From Gordonia sp. (in: high G+C Gram-positive bacteria) (GTDB taxonomy: Bacteria; Actinomycetota; Actinomycetes; Mycobacteriales; Mycobacteriaceae), in the NCBI RefSeq assembly GCF_049299075.1, contig NZ_JBAQWU010000312.1:1-33239 (forward strand): a stretch of 33,239 nucleotides of DNA. Reading direction: 5' to 3'. Under the pieces are notes generated by a model that worked only from the letters and a program-made list of their open reading frames with translations, did not search any database and was not told where the DNA came from. Shown here piece by piece: positions 24,864 to 33,239 of this stretch; position 1 is the first letter of the stretch; each line of letters starts with the position of its first letter. Both the position numbers and the translations under genes were made by a program.

Positions 24864-25907
24864 CTACTGCGGATGCTTCGTGGATTTGCGTTCGGCGCGT
24901 TGCCGAGCCTTCGCAGCGCGCTTGGTTCCCTTGGCGGTCGGCCGTTCGGCGTCGGCGGTGGCGTCGGCGGACGCCGGGGGCGTCTCGATCGCCAGCGGTG
25001 CTTCGCGTGGACGCCGCAACGCATGCGCCTTCAGCCTGCGGTATCCGCGGACGGCGAGCGCGCTGATGTGGTGGAGGCTGAACTCGGGGTCCTCGGCGAG
25101 CGCGGCCGCGAGATTGTCGTCGACCAAGGTGGTGCCTTCGCGGGCAGATCCAGCCAGGCGCGCGGCGATGTTGACCGGTTCGCCGAAGACATCACCCATC
25201 CGGTTCAGGGCGCGCCCGGAGGCGATTCCGATGCGCAGGGTGGGCAGTTCGCCGTCGGAGGTGAGGGCGTGCAGTGCGACGGCGATCATCGCCGCCGCCG
25301 TCGGCGTCGGCGCGGTGAACATGACGGCATCGCCGATCGACTTGATCACAGTGCCACCGTTCGTGGTGATGATCAGATGTGCCGCCGACTCGAAGGATTC
25401 GAGAAGTGATTCGAGCTCGGCCAGATGCAGGCGCCGAGACAGGGAGGTGTAACCGACGATATCGGCGAACCCGACGATCACCGCATCGCCCTCTTCGGTG
25501 GCCGAGTCGTCTTGGCGCGCCAAGTACCCCTCGAGGTGTCGCCGCCAGACAAACTGCTGCAGGTGCCCGACGGCGTCGGCCAGCTGCCCGGCGGTCTGCG
25601 TCGTCTGCGGATCGGCGAGCAGCGCGCGGATCTGTTCGGCCTGCCACTGCGCGAGGCGTGCGGTCGCCTGCCCGATCGACCGGGCAGCGGCCAGCTGGAC
25701 CGCCGGATCCATTTCCCGGTCGGAACCGGCGAAGACGGCGAGCGAGGCGAGGTCGTCCTCGGAGAAGGCCCCGCCGATCTGGCCGGCGACTTCCGGCACC
25801 CGAGCGAAGCCGAAGGCCTGCCACAGTTTGGTGGCGAACACGGGATCGACACGCACCCGCTCGATCAGCTCGTCAGCAGTGAGGTCGATCGTCAGCTCGT
25901 CGGGCAT
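24864..25907 (-). CDS. Class III adenylate cyclase with an N-terminal regulatory domain (Rv2212-like)
   Basis: GFADIVGYTSLS, VIKSIGDAVMF and GDVFGEPVNIAARL supply both metal-binding Asp residues, the K/D adenine-specifying pair and the N..R transition-state residues; N-terminal LWQAFGF motif. Confidence 0.9.
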   Translation of the reverse strand: MPDELTIDLTADELIERVRVDPVFATKLWQAFGFARVPEVAGQIGGAFSEDDLASLAVFAGSDREMDPAVQLAAARSIGQATARLAQWQAEQIRALLADPQTTQTAGQLADAVGHLQQFVWRRHLEGYLARQDDSATEEGDAVIVGFADIVGYTSLSRRLHLAELESLLESFESAAHLIITTNGGTVIKSIGDAVMFTAPTPTAAAMIAVALHALTSDGELPTLRIGIASGRALNRMGDVFGEPVNIAARLAGSAREGTTLVDDNLAAALAEDPEFSLHHISALAVRGYRRLKAHALRRPREAPLAIETPPASADATADAERPTAKGTKRAAKARQRAERKSTKHPQ

Positions 25908-25942
25908 GGATCCAGTTTTCCACGGCACGCGATCGGGCGACA

Positions 25943-27133
25943 TCACGAATCCAGGAGACCCTTCATCAGATAAGCCATGCGGGCGGCGAACTCAGGCTGG
26001 GGCGTGCTGCGCGGCATGCGGACTGCGTCGTTGACGATCGCGAGCACCGCGCGCACGGTCAGCGCGGCCGTCTGTGCCGATAGCTCCGGGCGCGCTGCCG
26101 CCAGCAACTCGATCCACCGGTTCACGTAGCGTCGCTGGCTGGCCAGCAGTTCGGTGCCGGATGGATCGCCATCCAGGGCATAACCACTGGTCAGGGCCAC
26201 GAGTAGGTCGGGTGCGCCAGTGATGTTCTGCACATAGGAGTCGACGAGGGCATCGAGTTGCTCGGCCGGACCGGAGGTGCGCATGGCGGCCGCCAGTGCT
26301 CCGGCCTCTAGCCGCAGTGCGCTCCGTTGGCCGATCGCCACCAGGATCGCGTCCTTCGACGGGAAGTGTCGGTACACGCTCGGTCCGGTGATACCCACTG
26401 CCGCGCCGATCTCGTCCATGCCGGTGCCCGGAAATCCGTGATCGGCGAATAGTCGCGCGGCCGCGTCGAGGATCTCGTCGCGTCGGCCGCCGTCGGTGTC
26501 GGCCGGGGAGATCGGTTCGGGCAGCGGGGGAGCCGAGGCCGGGTGGAGGTCCAGCAATCGCCAGATGAGTTGCTGGACCGTCGCCTCGACGACAACTCGG
26601 TCGTTCTTCGGTGTGCGGGCCAACAGGCTGCCGGCCACTGACAGGGTGGCGCCGGCCAGATACATGGACTCGCGTTCGGAAAGGTCGGGGCGGCTCTCGG
26701 CGATAGCTGCGGCCCAGCGCCGCAGCACGGTGCGCGTCCGGCGGACCACCTCGCGGTCCTGCTCGTCGGACAGGTGTTGCCCGGTCCACCGCCACAGCGA
26801 GGTGGCGCCCGGATCGGCGACACTCAGGGTGGTTGCCGCAGTCACCACCGCCCGGGCGGGATCGGGTTGGGGCCGCCCGGCCTCGGTGCGCAGCGCCTCC
26901 TCGGTCAACTGCTCAAAAGTATCGACCCCGCCCTGGGTGGCGGCGAAGAGAAGCGCCTGCTTGTCGGTGAAATGCCGGTACACGGTCGGGGTGCTGACCC
27001 CGGCGCGCGCGGCAATATCAGACACCGCCACATGCGGGAATCCGCGGTCGGCGAAGAGTGCCGCCGCTGCGGCGATCAACTGGCGGCGGCGGTCTTCCGC
27101 GCGGTCGCGGCGAGCGTTCTTCGGGGTCGGCAT
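25943..27133 (-). CDS. Tandem (double) TetR family regulator
   Basis: Two HTHs: LFADRGFPHVAVSDIAARAGVSTPTVYRHF and LFADHGFPGTGMDEIGAAVGITGPSVYRHF; divergent from fadAB. Confidence 0.9.
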   Translation of the reverse strand: MPTPKNARRDRAEDRRRQLIAAAAALFADRGFPHVAVSDIAARAGVSTPTVYRHFTDKQALLFAATQGGVDTFEQLTEEALRTEAGRPQPDPARAVVTAATTLSVADPGATSLWRWTGQHLSDEQDREVVRRTRTVLRRWAAAIAESRPDLSERESMYLAGATLSVAGSLLARTPKNDRVVVEATVQQLIWRLLDLHPASAPPLPEPISPADTDGGRRDEILDAAARLFADHGFPGTGMDEIGAAVGITGPSVYRHFPSKDAILVAIGQRSALRLEAGALAAAMRTSGPAEQLDALVDSYVQNITGAPDLLVALTSGYALDGDPSGTELLASQRRYVNRWIELLAAARPELSAQTAALTVRAVLAIVNDAVRMPRSTPQPEFAARMAYLMKGLLDS

Positions 27134-27200
27134 TGTGAACCGACCATAGCCGATAAATGAAGAAATTCCCATGGATCTACCTGTGGGGATAGCCAAACGC

Positions 27201-27230
27201 GTTAATCCGCGTTAGCCTGAATTACGTAAC
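27201..27230. promoter_or_regulatory. AT-rich palindromic segment upstream of fadA (candidate operator)
   Basis: Imperfect palindrome GTTAATCCGCGTTAGC (27201-27216) followed by perfect TTACGTAA (27222-27229). Confidence 0.4.
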
Positions 27231-27260
27231 CATCTAGGTAACGCGAGAAGAGGAACACAA

Positions 27261-28472
27261 GTGCCTGATCAAGCATTCATTTACGACGCGGTGCGTACGC
27301 CTCGTGGTAAGCAGCGCGGCGGTGCTTTGCGCACCGTCAAGCCGATCGACCTGATCTCGGGTCTGATCGACGGCCTGCTCGACCGTCACCCCGATCTGGA
27401 TCCCACGGCCATCGACGACGTCGTGCTTGGCGTCGTGTCGCCGGTCGGCGAGCAGGGCGCCGTGATCGCCCGCACCGCCGCGCTGACGTCGGGTCTGGGC
27501 GAGAGCGTCCCCGGCACCCAGATCAATCGCTTCTGCGCATCGGGCCTGGAGGCCTGCAACCTGGCCGCGGCCAAGGTTGCCTCCGGCTTCGACGACCTGG
27601 TGCTGGCCGGCGGTGTCGAGTCGATGTCGCGCGTGCCCATGGGCAGCGACGGCGGCGCCCTGTTCATGGACCCCGTCACCGCCTACGACAACTACATCGC
27701 CCCGCAGGGGATCGGCGCCGACCTGATCGCCACCATGGAAGGCTTCAGTCGCGACGACGTGGACGCCTTCGCCGCGGAATCGCAGCGGCGCGCCGAGGCG
27801 GCGTGGGCCGAAGGGCGCTTTGACAAGTCGATCATTCCGGTCACCGACATCAACGGCGTCACCCTGCTGGCCAAGGACGAGCACATGCGTCCGGGCACCA
27901 CCGCCGAGAGCCTCGGCAAGCTGAAGCCCGCCTTCCAGGGGCTGGCCGATATGGCTGGTTTCGATGACGTGGTGATGCAGAAGTACACGTCGGTGGAGAA
28001 GGTCAACCACATCCACACCGGCGGTAATAGCTCCGGCATCGTCGACGGCGCCGCTCTGGTGCTCATCGGCTCGGAAGAGGCGGGCAAGCGCAACGGGCTG
28101 ACCCCGCGCGGCCGCGTCGTCGCTTACGCCGAGGTGGGCAGCGAGCCGTCGATCATGCTCACCGGCCCGACTCCGGCCACCGAGAAGGCGCTGGAGAAGG
28201 CTGGCCTGACCGTCGACGACATCGACGTCTACGAGCTGAACGAGGCCTTTGCCTCGGTGGTCATGAAGTGGGAGAAGGATCTGGGCATCCCCCACGAGAA
28301 GGTGAACGTCAACGGTGGCGCCATCGCCCTCGGTCACCCGCTCGGTGCCACCGGCGCCATGATCCTGGGCACCTGCCTGGACGAGCTGGAGCGCACCGGC
28401 GGCCGCTACGGACTGGTGACCCTGTGCATCGGCGGCGGCATGGGTGTGGCCACCGTCATCGAGCGCCTCTAG
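27261..28472 (+). CDS. fadA: Acetyl-CoA acyltransferase (thiolase), beta subunit of the trifunctional enzyme
   Basis: [11 protein letters not shown] (catalytic Cys), [41 protein letters not shown]; paired with fadB. Confidence 0.95.
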   Translation: MPDQAFIYDAVRTPRGKQRGGALRTVKPIDLISGLIDGLLDRHPDLDPTAIDDVVLGVVSPVGEQGAVIARTAALTSGLGESVPGTQINRFCASGLEACNLAAAKVASGFDDLVLAGGVESMSRVPMGSDGGALFMDPVTAYDNYIAPQGIGADLIATMEGFSRDDVDAFAAESQRRAEAAWAEGRFDKSIIPVTDINGVTLLAKDEHMRPGTTAESLGKLKPAFQGLADMAGFDDVVMQKYTSVEKVNHIHTGGNSSGIVDGAALVLIGSEEAGKRNGLTPRGRVVAYAEVGSEPSIMLTGPTPATEKALEKAGLTVDDIDVYELNEAFASVVMKWEKDLGIPHEKVNVNGGAIALGHPLGATGAMILGTCLDELERTGGRYGLVTLCIGGGMGVATVIERL

Positions 28473-28502
28473 GCCCATACTAAAGAGACTTAGGACAAAC
28501 AA

Positions 28503-30704
28503 ATGACTGAGAACATGTTCAACTGGGAGAAGGACGCTGACGGCGTCGTCATCCTCACCATGGACGACCCGAACCAGGGCGCCAACACGATGAACCAGAC
28601 GTTCTTCGATTCGCTGAACGCCACCGTCGATCGCCTGGAGGCGGAGAAGGATGACATCGCCGGTGTGGTGCTCACCTCGGCGAAGAAGACCTTCTTTGCC
28701 GGTGGCGATCTCAAGGACATGACGGCCGATAAGCCTGCCGGTGTCACCAAGGTCGATATCGCCACCGCCATCACCGAGCGCACCAACGGAATCAAGGCGA
28801 CCATGCGTCGACTCGAGACCCTGGGCAAGCCCGTCGTAGCGGCCATCAACGGCGCCGCACTCGGCGGCGGCCTGGAGATCGCGCTGCACTGCCACTACCG
28901 CATCGCCGCCGATACCAAGGGCAACAAGATCGGCCTGCCCGAGGTGACCCTCGGGCTGCTTCCCGGCGGCGGTGGCGTCGTCCGTACCGTCCGCCTGCTC
29001 GGTATGCAGAACGCGCTGATGGGCGTGCTGCTGCAGGGCACCCAGTTCACCCCGGTCAAGGCCAAGGACACCGGTCTGGTCAACGAGGTCGTCGGCACCG
29101 TCGAGGAACTGCTCCCGGCCGCCAAGGCCTGGATCGCCGCCAACCCGGAGGCTCAGCAGCCGTTCGATGTCAAGGGCTACAAGATCCCCGGTGGCGCGCC
29201 GACCAACCCGGCCGTCGCGGCCAACCTGCCGGCCTTCCCGGCGCTGCTGCGCAAGCAGATCAAGGGCACCAACATGCCCGCTCCGCGCGCCATCATGGCC
29301 GCGGCGATCGAGGGCGCCTACGTCGACGTCGACTCGGCCGACCTGATCGAGACCCGCTACTTTGTCTCGCTGGTCACCGGCCAGGTGGCGCAGAATATGA
29401 TCAAGGCGTTCTTCTTCGATCTGCAGCACATCAACGGCGGCGGTTCGCGCCCGGCCGGCTTCGACAAGTGGAAGCCGAAGAAGGTTGGTGTGATCGGCGC
29501 CGGCATGATGGGCGCGGCGATCGCGTATGTCTCGGCGAAGGCCGGCATTGAGGTGGTTCTCAAGGACATCGACGTCGACGCCGCCAACCGCGGCAAGGAC
29601 TACTCGGTGAAGCTCGAGGAGAAGGCTCTCTCGCGCGGCAAGACCACCGAGGAGAAGAGTAAGGCGCTGCTGGCGAAGATCCACCCGACCATCGACCCGG
29701 CCGACTTCGCCGGTGTCGATCTGGTGATCGAGGCGGCGTTCGAGTCGGTCGAGGTCAAGAATAAGGTCTTTGCCGAGATCGAGGACATCGTCGAGCCCGA
29801 CGCCGTACTCGGCTCCAACACCTCGACGCTGCCGATCACCGGCCTGGCCAAGGGTGTCAAGCGCCAGGACGACTTCATCGGCATCCACTTCTTCTCGCCC
29901 GTCGACAAGATGCCGCTGGTGGAGATCATCTGCGGTGAGCAGACCAAGGACGAGGTGCTCGCCAAGGTCATCGACTACACGCTGGCCATCCGTAAGACTC
30001 CGATCGTCGTCAACGACAGTCGCGGCTTCTTCACCAGCCGCGTGATCGGCACCTTCATCAACGAGGCCATCGCCGCCGTCGGTGAAGGCGTCGAGCCGGC
30101 GTTCATCGAGCAGGCTGGCAGCCAGGCCGGTTACCCGGCCGCCCCGCTGCAGCTGTCCGATGAGTTGACGCTGACCCTGATGCAGAAGATTCGCAAGGAG
30201 TCGCAGGCCGGTGCCGAGGAGGCGGGTATCGAGTTCCCGCAGCACGGTTCCTACGCCGTCATCGACAAGATGGTGGACCTGGGCCGCACCTCGAAGAAGG
30301 ACGGTGCAGGTTTCTACGACTACACCGACGGCAAGCGCGACCTGATCTGGCCGGGCGTGCGGGAAGCCTTCAACTCCGGTTCGGTGCAGATCCCGCTCGA
30401 GGACATGAAGGAGCGGATGCTCTTCGCCGAGGCGCTGGAGACCGTGAAGTGCTTCGACGAGGGTGTGCTCACCTCCGTCGAGGACGCCAACATCGGTTCG
30501 ATCTTCGGTATCGGCTTCCCGGCCTGGACCGGCGGCGTCGTGCAGTACATCAACCAGTACGACGGTGGTGTTGCCGGATTCGTCGCGCGTGCACGTGATC
30601 TGGCGAGCAAGTACGGCAGCCACTTCGAGCCGCCAGCGTCGCTGGTCGCCAAGGCTGACGCCGGCGTGACCAAGCTGACCAACGAGAACCTGCGCCCCGC
30701 GTAA
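28503..30704 (+). CDS. fadB: Fatty-acid oxidation multifunctional enzyme alpha (enoyl-CoA hydratase / 3-hydroxyacyl-CoA dehydrogenase)
   Basis: FFAGGDL, ALGGGLEIAL, GLPEVTLGLLPGGGG, GAGMMGA, SNTSTLPI, GIHFFSPVDKMPLVE, NDSRGFFTSR. Confidence 0.96.
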   Translation: MTENMFNWEKDADGVVILTMDDPNQGANTMNQTFFDSLNATVDRLEAEKDDIAGVVLTSAKKTFFAGGDLKDMTADKPAGVTKVDIATAITERTNGIKATMRRLETLGKPVVAAINGAALGGGLEIALHCHYRIAADTKGNKIGLPEVTLGLLPGGGGVVRTVRLLGMQNALMGVLLQGTQFTPVKAKDTGLVNEVVGTVEELLPAAKAWIAANPEAQQPFDVKGYKIPGGAPTNPAVAANLPAFPALLRKQIKGTNMPAPRAIMAAAIEGAYVDVDSADLIETRYFVSLVTGQVAQNMIKAFFFDLQHINGGGSRPAGFDKWKPKKVGVIGAGMMGAAIAYVSAKAGIEVVLKDIDVDAANRGKDYSVKLEEKALSRGKTTEEKSKALLAKIHPTIDPADFAGVDLVIEAAFESVEVKNKVFAEIEDIVEPDAVLGSNTSTLPITGLAKGVKRQDDFIGIHFFSPVDKMPLVEIICGEQTKDEVLAKVIDYTLAIRKTPIVVNDSRGFFTSRVIGTFINEAIAAVGEGVEPAFIEQAGSQAGYPAAPLQLSDELTLTLMQKIRKESQAGAEEAGIEFPQHGSYAVIDKMVDLGRTSKKDGAGFYDYTDGKRDLIWPGVREAFNSGSVQIPLEDMKERMLFAEALETVKCFDEGVLTSVEDANIGSIFGIGFPAWTGGVVQYINQYDGGVAGFVARARDLASKYGSHFEPPASLVAKADAGVTKLTNENLRPA

Positions 30705-30731
30705 GGCTTCCCGTTCAGCGAAGCTGACTGA

Positions 30732-30774
30732 CTGCCCCGTCCGGCCACTCTCCGGGCGGGGCAGCCGTCATTTC
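30732..30774 (+). terminator. Intrinsic terminator after fadB
   Basis: CTGCCCCGTCCGG pairs with CCGGGCGGGGCAG (13-bp stem with one G-U); TTTCT follows a few nt downstream. Confidence 0.7.
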
Positions 30775-30881
30775 TGGGGATAAGTGCGTGACGGTCGCGC
30801 GAGCCTGTGGACGGCGCTCGGCGGCGGGTCGTGCGCCGGGTCAGGATCGTCGTAGGTATTCCGACGAGGCAGGAGGACGGC

Positions 30882-31502
30882 ATGTCGCGCAGGAAGGCAG
30901 ACAGCAGGGGAGTGCGGCGGGGGTCACCGCCGAGCCGGGGCGTCGTCGAGAAGGCCGCCCGAGACAATCCGGTGTGGCGGTGGCCGGATGTGGCTGAGGC
31001 CCTGGCACGGGACCATTGCGGCACTGCCGGGGAGTGCCTGGACGCGTTGTTGACGTTCCGTCCGTGGATCACCACACCAGACGGCGGATGTGCGCGCTGG
31101 TCGGTCGGCGATGCGGCGCGCCGCTGTGGTGTGCCGCCGGCAGAAATGCTGCAGATCTACGCGGCGCACCGATGGGCGGGGGATCTCGAGTGGGATGCCG
31201 AACGCAAACGACATCGGCCACCCCGGCAGTGGCGCTGTCTGCCCAGTGGCCAGATCTGGGGCGCGCCGCGCATGCAGGATGAGGAACTCGTCGACGCGCT
31301 GGCGCGGCTGGCCGTCGCCCTCGATGACTTGCAGGACTGCCTCGCGCACCATGACGGCCGCGACGGAGTGTTGCTGCAGTTGTCGCCGGTGACGCGCGCG
31401 CTGGTGGCGACGCTGGCCGAGCAGGCGCAGCGGTGCGGGATCGAGTGGGAAGATACGCTGGCCGACTTCGCCGCGACGTACGGGCCGATCCTCGCCCAGT
31501 AG
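30882..31502 (+). CDS. Hypothetical protein (206 aa, Trp/Cys-rich)
   Basis: Strong AGGAGG RBS 5 nt before ATG 30882, GC3-biased codons, fills the gap between genes; no family recognised. Confidence 0.62.
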   Translation: MSRRKADSRGVRRGSPPSRGVVEKAARDNPVWRWPDVAEALARDHCGTAGECLDALLTFRPWITTPDGGCARWSVGDAARRCGVPPAEMLQIYAAHRWAGDLEWDAERKRHRPPRQWRCLPSGQIWGAPRMQDEELVDALARLAVALDDLQDCLAHHDGRDGVLLQLSPVTRALVATLAEQAQRCGIEWEDTLADFAATYGPILAQ

Positions 31503-31617
31503 GTGTCCAGCCGGGGGCTGGCGCAGCAGGCCCGCGTCGTTCTGCCCCGCGTAGTTCTGCCGAGCCTTGTCGGTGCGGCATTCCGTTGCGTCGCCGCATC
31601 GCCACTAGTATGCGACC

Positions 31618-32103
31618 ATGGCCGCCGATGAGTCGAGCACCGAAGAGCTGGCAATGACGACCGAAGGCGTGGTGACCGACCGGCTGCTGAGTAATCCGCT
31701 GAGCATTCCGCTTGCGGTGTTCACCAAGTCGCAGGAACAGGCGATCCGCGTCGCGACGGACACGCTCAACAAGGTGCGCACCATGACAAGCACCGGAGTG
31801 GCTGCTTCGTCGGACGTGCTGATGCAGCAAGTCACCGATCTGAGTGGGGCCGTCGTCGGGCTGGCCGGCAGCGCCACCGGTCTGGCCGGGGCCATCGCGC
31901 AACCGATGCAGGACTTCATCGTGCAGCAGCGCGAGCTGAGTGAGACTATCGCGAAGTTCGCCGAGGCGCAGGCCGAACTCGCCGCGATCGTCGCCGAGTT
32001 CGCGCAGCGGCAGGCTGCGACGGTCGCGGCCATCGAGCGAGTGACCAATCCGGTCTTCGACATCGTTGGCGGGAAAAGTCCGGCCGGACCGCGCGCGGAC
32101 TGA
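31618..32103 (+). CDS. Hypothetical alpha-helical protein
   Basis: TAGTAT 6 nt before the ATG (leaderless); typical codon bias; Ala/Gln/Thr-rich amphipathic pattern. Confidence 0.75.
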   Translation: MAADESSTEELAMTTEGVVTDRLLSNPLSIPLAVFTKSQEQAIRVATDTLNKVRTMTSTGVAASSDVLMQQVTDLSGAVVGLAGSATGLAGAIAQPMQDFIVQQRELSETIAKFAEAQAELAAIVAEFAQRQAATVAAIERVTNPVFDIVGGKSPAGPRAD

Positions 32104-32115
32104 TATCGCGGGCGG

Positions 32116-32134
32116 GCTGCAACCGTCTGCAACC
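32116..32134 (+). promoter_or_regulatory. TGCAAC-N4-TGCAAC direct repeat upstream of the acetoin reductase
   Basis: GCTGCAACCGTCTGCAACC, 25 nt upstream of a TAGGTT -10 candidate at 32160-32165. Confidence 0.62.
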
Positions 32135-32213
32135 GGCGCGCACGGCGTCCCGCGCTACCTAGGTTGTGAGTGCAGCGGCTGCCACCGGGCGCCGCGCAAC
32201 TCCGGAGGTTCCC

Positions 32214-33014
32214 ATGGCAGTCAACGACCGTCCTCGTCCGATCGTCGGAAAGGTCGCCCTCGTCACCGGCGCCGCGCGTGGAATCGGCCGTGCTATTGCG
32301 CTCAGGCTCGCGCGCGACGGTGCGGACGTGTGTCTGGTGGACCTGAGTGCCGAGTCCTGCGAGGCGGTGCGGGCCGAAGTGGTCGTGTTCGGCGGGCGGG
32401 CCACCGCAGTCGGTGCGGACGTCAGCAATCGGGACGACGTCTTCGGCGCCGTCGAGCACGCGGTTCGCGAACTGGGCGGCCTGGACATCATGGTGAACAA
32501 TGCCGGCATCGCGATGGTGGAGACGATCGCCGATGTGCGCCCTGAAGCCGTCGATCGACTCTGGCAGATCAACATCAACGGTGTCCTGTGGGGGATTCAG
32601 GCGGCCGCGGCGGCGTTCATCGAACTCGGCCGTCCGGGCAAGATCATCAACGCCTCGTCGATTGCCGGGCATGACGGATTCCCGATGCTGGGCTGCTACA
32701 GCGCGAGCAAGTTTGCGGTGCGCGGGCTGACCCAGGCTGCCGCGCGCGAGTTCGCCGACAAGCAGATCACGGTCAACGCCTACTGCCCCGGGGTGGTGGG
32801 CACCGATATGTGGGTCGATATCGATCGCCGTTTCGCTGAACTCACCGGCGCGCCGGTGGGCGCGACCTACGACAAGTTCGTCTCCGGTATCGCCCTGGGC
32901 CGGGCGCAGACCCCGGACGACGTCGCCGGCTATGTCAGCTACCTGGCCGGACCGGATTCGGACTACATGACCGGGCAGGCCGGGTTGATCGATGGCGGCC
33001 TGGTCTTCCGCTGA
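32214..33014 (+). CDS. budC: Acetoin (diacetyl) reductase / 2,3-butanediol dehydrogenase, SDR family
   Basis: TGAARGIG, VNNAGI, INGVLWGIQAA, YSASKFAVRGLTQAAARE, NAYCPGVVGTDMW, DSDYMTGQ are characteristic of the subfamily; GGAGG RBS before ATG 32214. Confidence 0.85.
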   Translation: MAVNDRPRPIVGKVALVTGAARGIGRAIALRLARDGADVCLVDLSAESCEAVRAEVVVFGGRATAVGADVSNRDDVFGAVEHAVRELGGLDIMVNNAGIAMVETIADVRPEAVDRLWQININGVLWGIQAAAAAFIELGRPGKIINASSIAGHDGFPMLGCYSASKFAVRGLTQAAAREFADKQITVNAYCPGVVGTDMWVDIDRRFAELTGAPVGATYDKFVSGIALGRAQTPDDVAGYVSYLAGPDSDYMTGQAGLIDGGLVFR

Positions 33015-33015
33015 G

Positions 33016-33237
33016 TCAGGCCCGCTGTTCCGCGGCGGGTTCGCGGACCGGGGTCAGTTCCGGGCGCTTGGCGGTGCGGCCGTCGCCGAGCGACCGCCCC
33101 CGGGCTTTCCGGATCAGCCACGGCGTCAAGTACTGCACCGCCCAGCGGGTGTCGCGGGTGTGGCGCAGGAGCCGGGGCGGTTCGCGGTAGCCGGGGAGCG
33201 GCGCACCCCACGCCGGTGAACTGCCTGGCAGACCAAG
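33016..33237 (-). CDS. C-terminal end of a probable SGNH/GDSL hydrolase (runs off the window; absent from the ORF track)
   Basis: Minus-strand frame reads ...RDTRWAVQYLTPWLIRKARGRSLGDGRTAKRPELTPV...*, which resembles the conserved tail of actinobacterial SGNH proteins. The catalytic motifs are outside the window. Confidence 0.6.
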   Translation of the reverse strand, partial: LGLPGSSPAWGAPLPGYREPPRLLRHTRDTRWAVQYLTPWLIRKARGRSLGDGRTAKRPELTPVREPAAEQRA

Positions 33238-33239
33238 CG

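Noticed and set aside
24864..25907. Cyclase as part of a Pycsar/CBASS-like defence system
   Set aside because: It retains adenine-specifying K/D residues and a housekeeping-type N-terminal domain. No adjacent cNMP-binding, TIR or membrane effector is present, and the phosphodiesterase is more than 20 kb away.
27234..30623. 1129-aa minus-strand ORF
   Set aside because: It is the antisense shadow of fadA-fadB. Strong GC3 bias removes stops on the opposite strand, and it has no recognisable motifs.

Overview
GC-rich actinobacterial chromosomal segment (Gordonia/Mycobacteriales-like, judged from the protein families and frequent leaderless starts). I found no rRNA, tRNA, CRISPR array, transposase or phage gene. 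Gene order: pntAB transhydrogenase; HD-type and calcineurin-like phosphohydrolases; a GAF-HTH activator divergent from an N-terminally extended flavin monooxygenase; an NHEJ locus (ligD lacking its phosphoesterase domain, divergent from a secreted unknown protein and ku, which run directly into a Baeyer-Villiger monooxygenase, a GXWXG/DUF4334 protein and a lactate-2-monooxygenase-like gene); an MpaB/DUF2236-TetR pair; TetR plus an acyl-CoA dehydrogenase/APH-kinase/SDR/histidine-phosphatase operon; an F420 Ddn-family reductase; an Rv0485-like ROK regulator preceded by a leaderless 33-aa Cys-containing leader peptide absent from the ORF track; a DrrAB-like ABC exporter; a class III adenylyl cyclase; a double-TetR divergent from fadA-fadB; two hypothetical proteins; an acetoin reductase; and the 3' end of a probable SGNH hydrolase. 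The most interesting signals are the putative cysteine-sensing attenuator, a shared TGCAAC direct-repeat motif upstream of both the monooxygenase and the acetoin reductase 26 kb apart, the PE-less LigD with a remnant motif, the mixed ku/oxygenase gene run, and REP-like repeats inserted in frame into the kinase gene. All family calls come from motif recognition by eye, not database searches.
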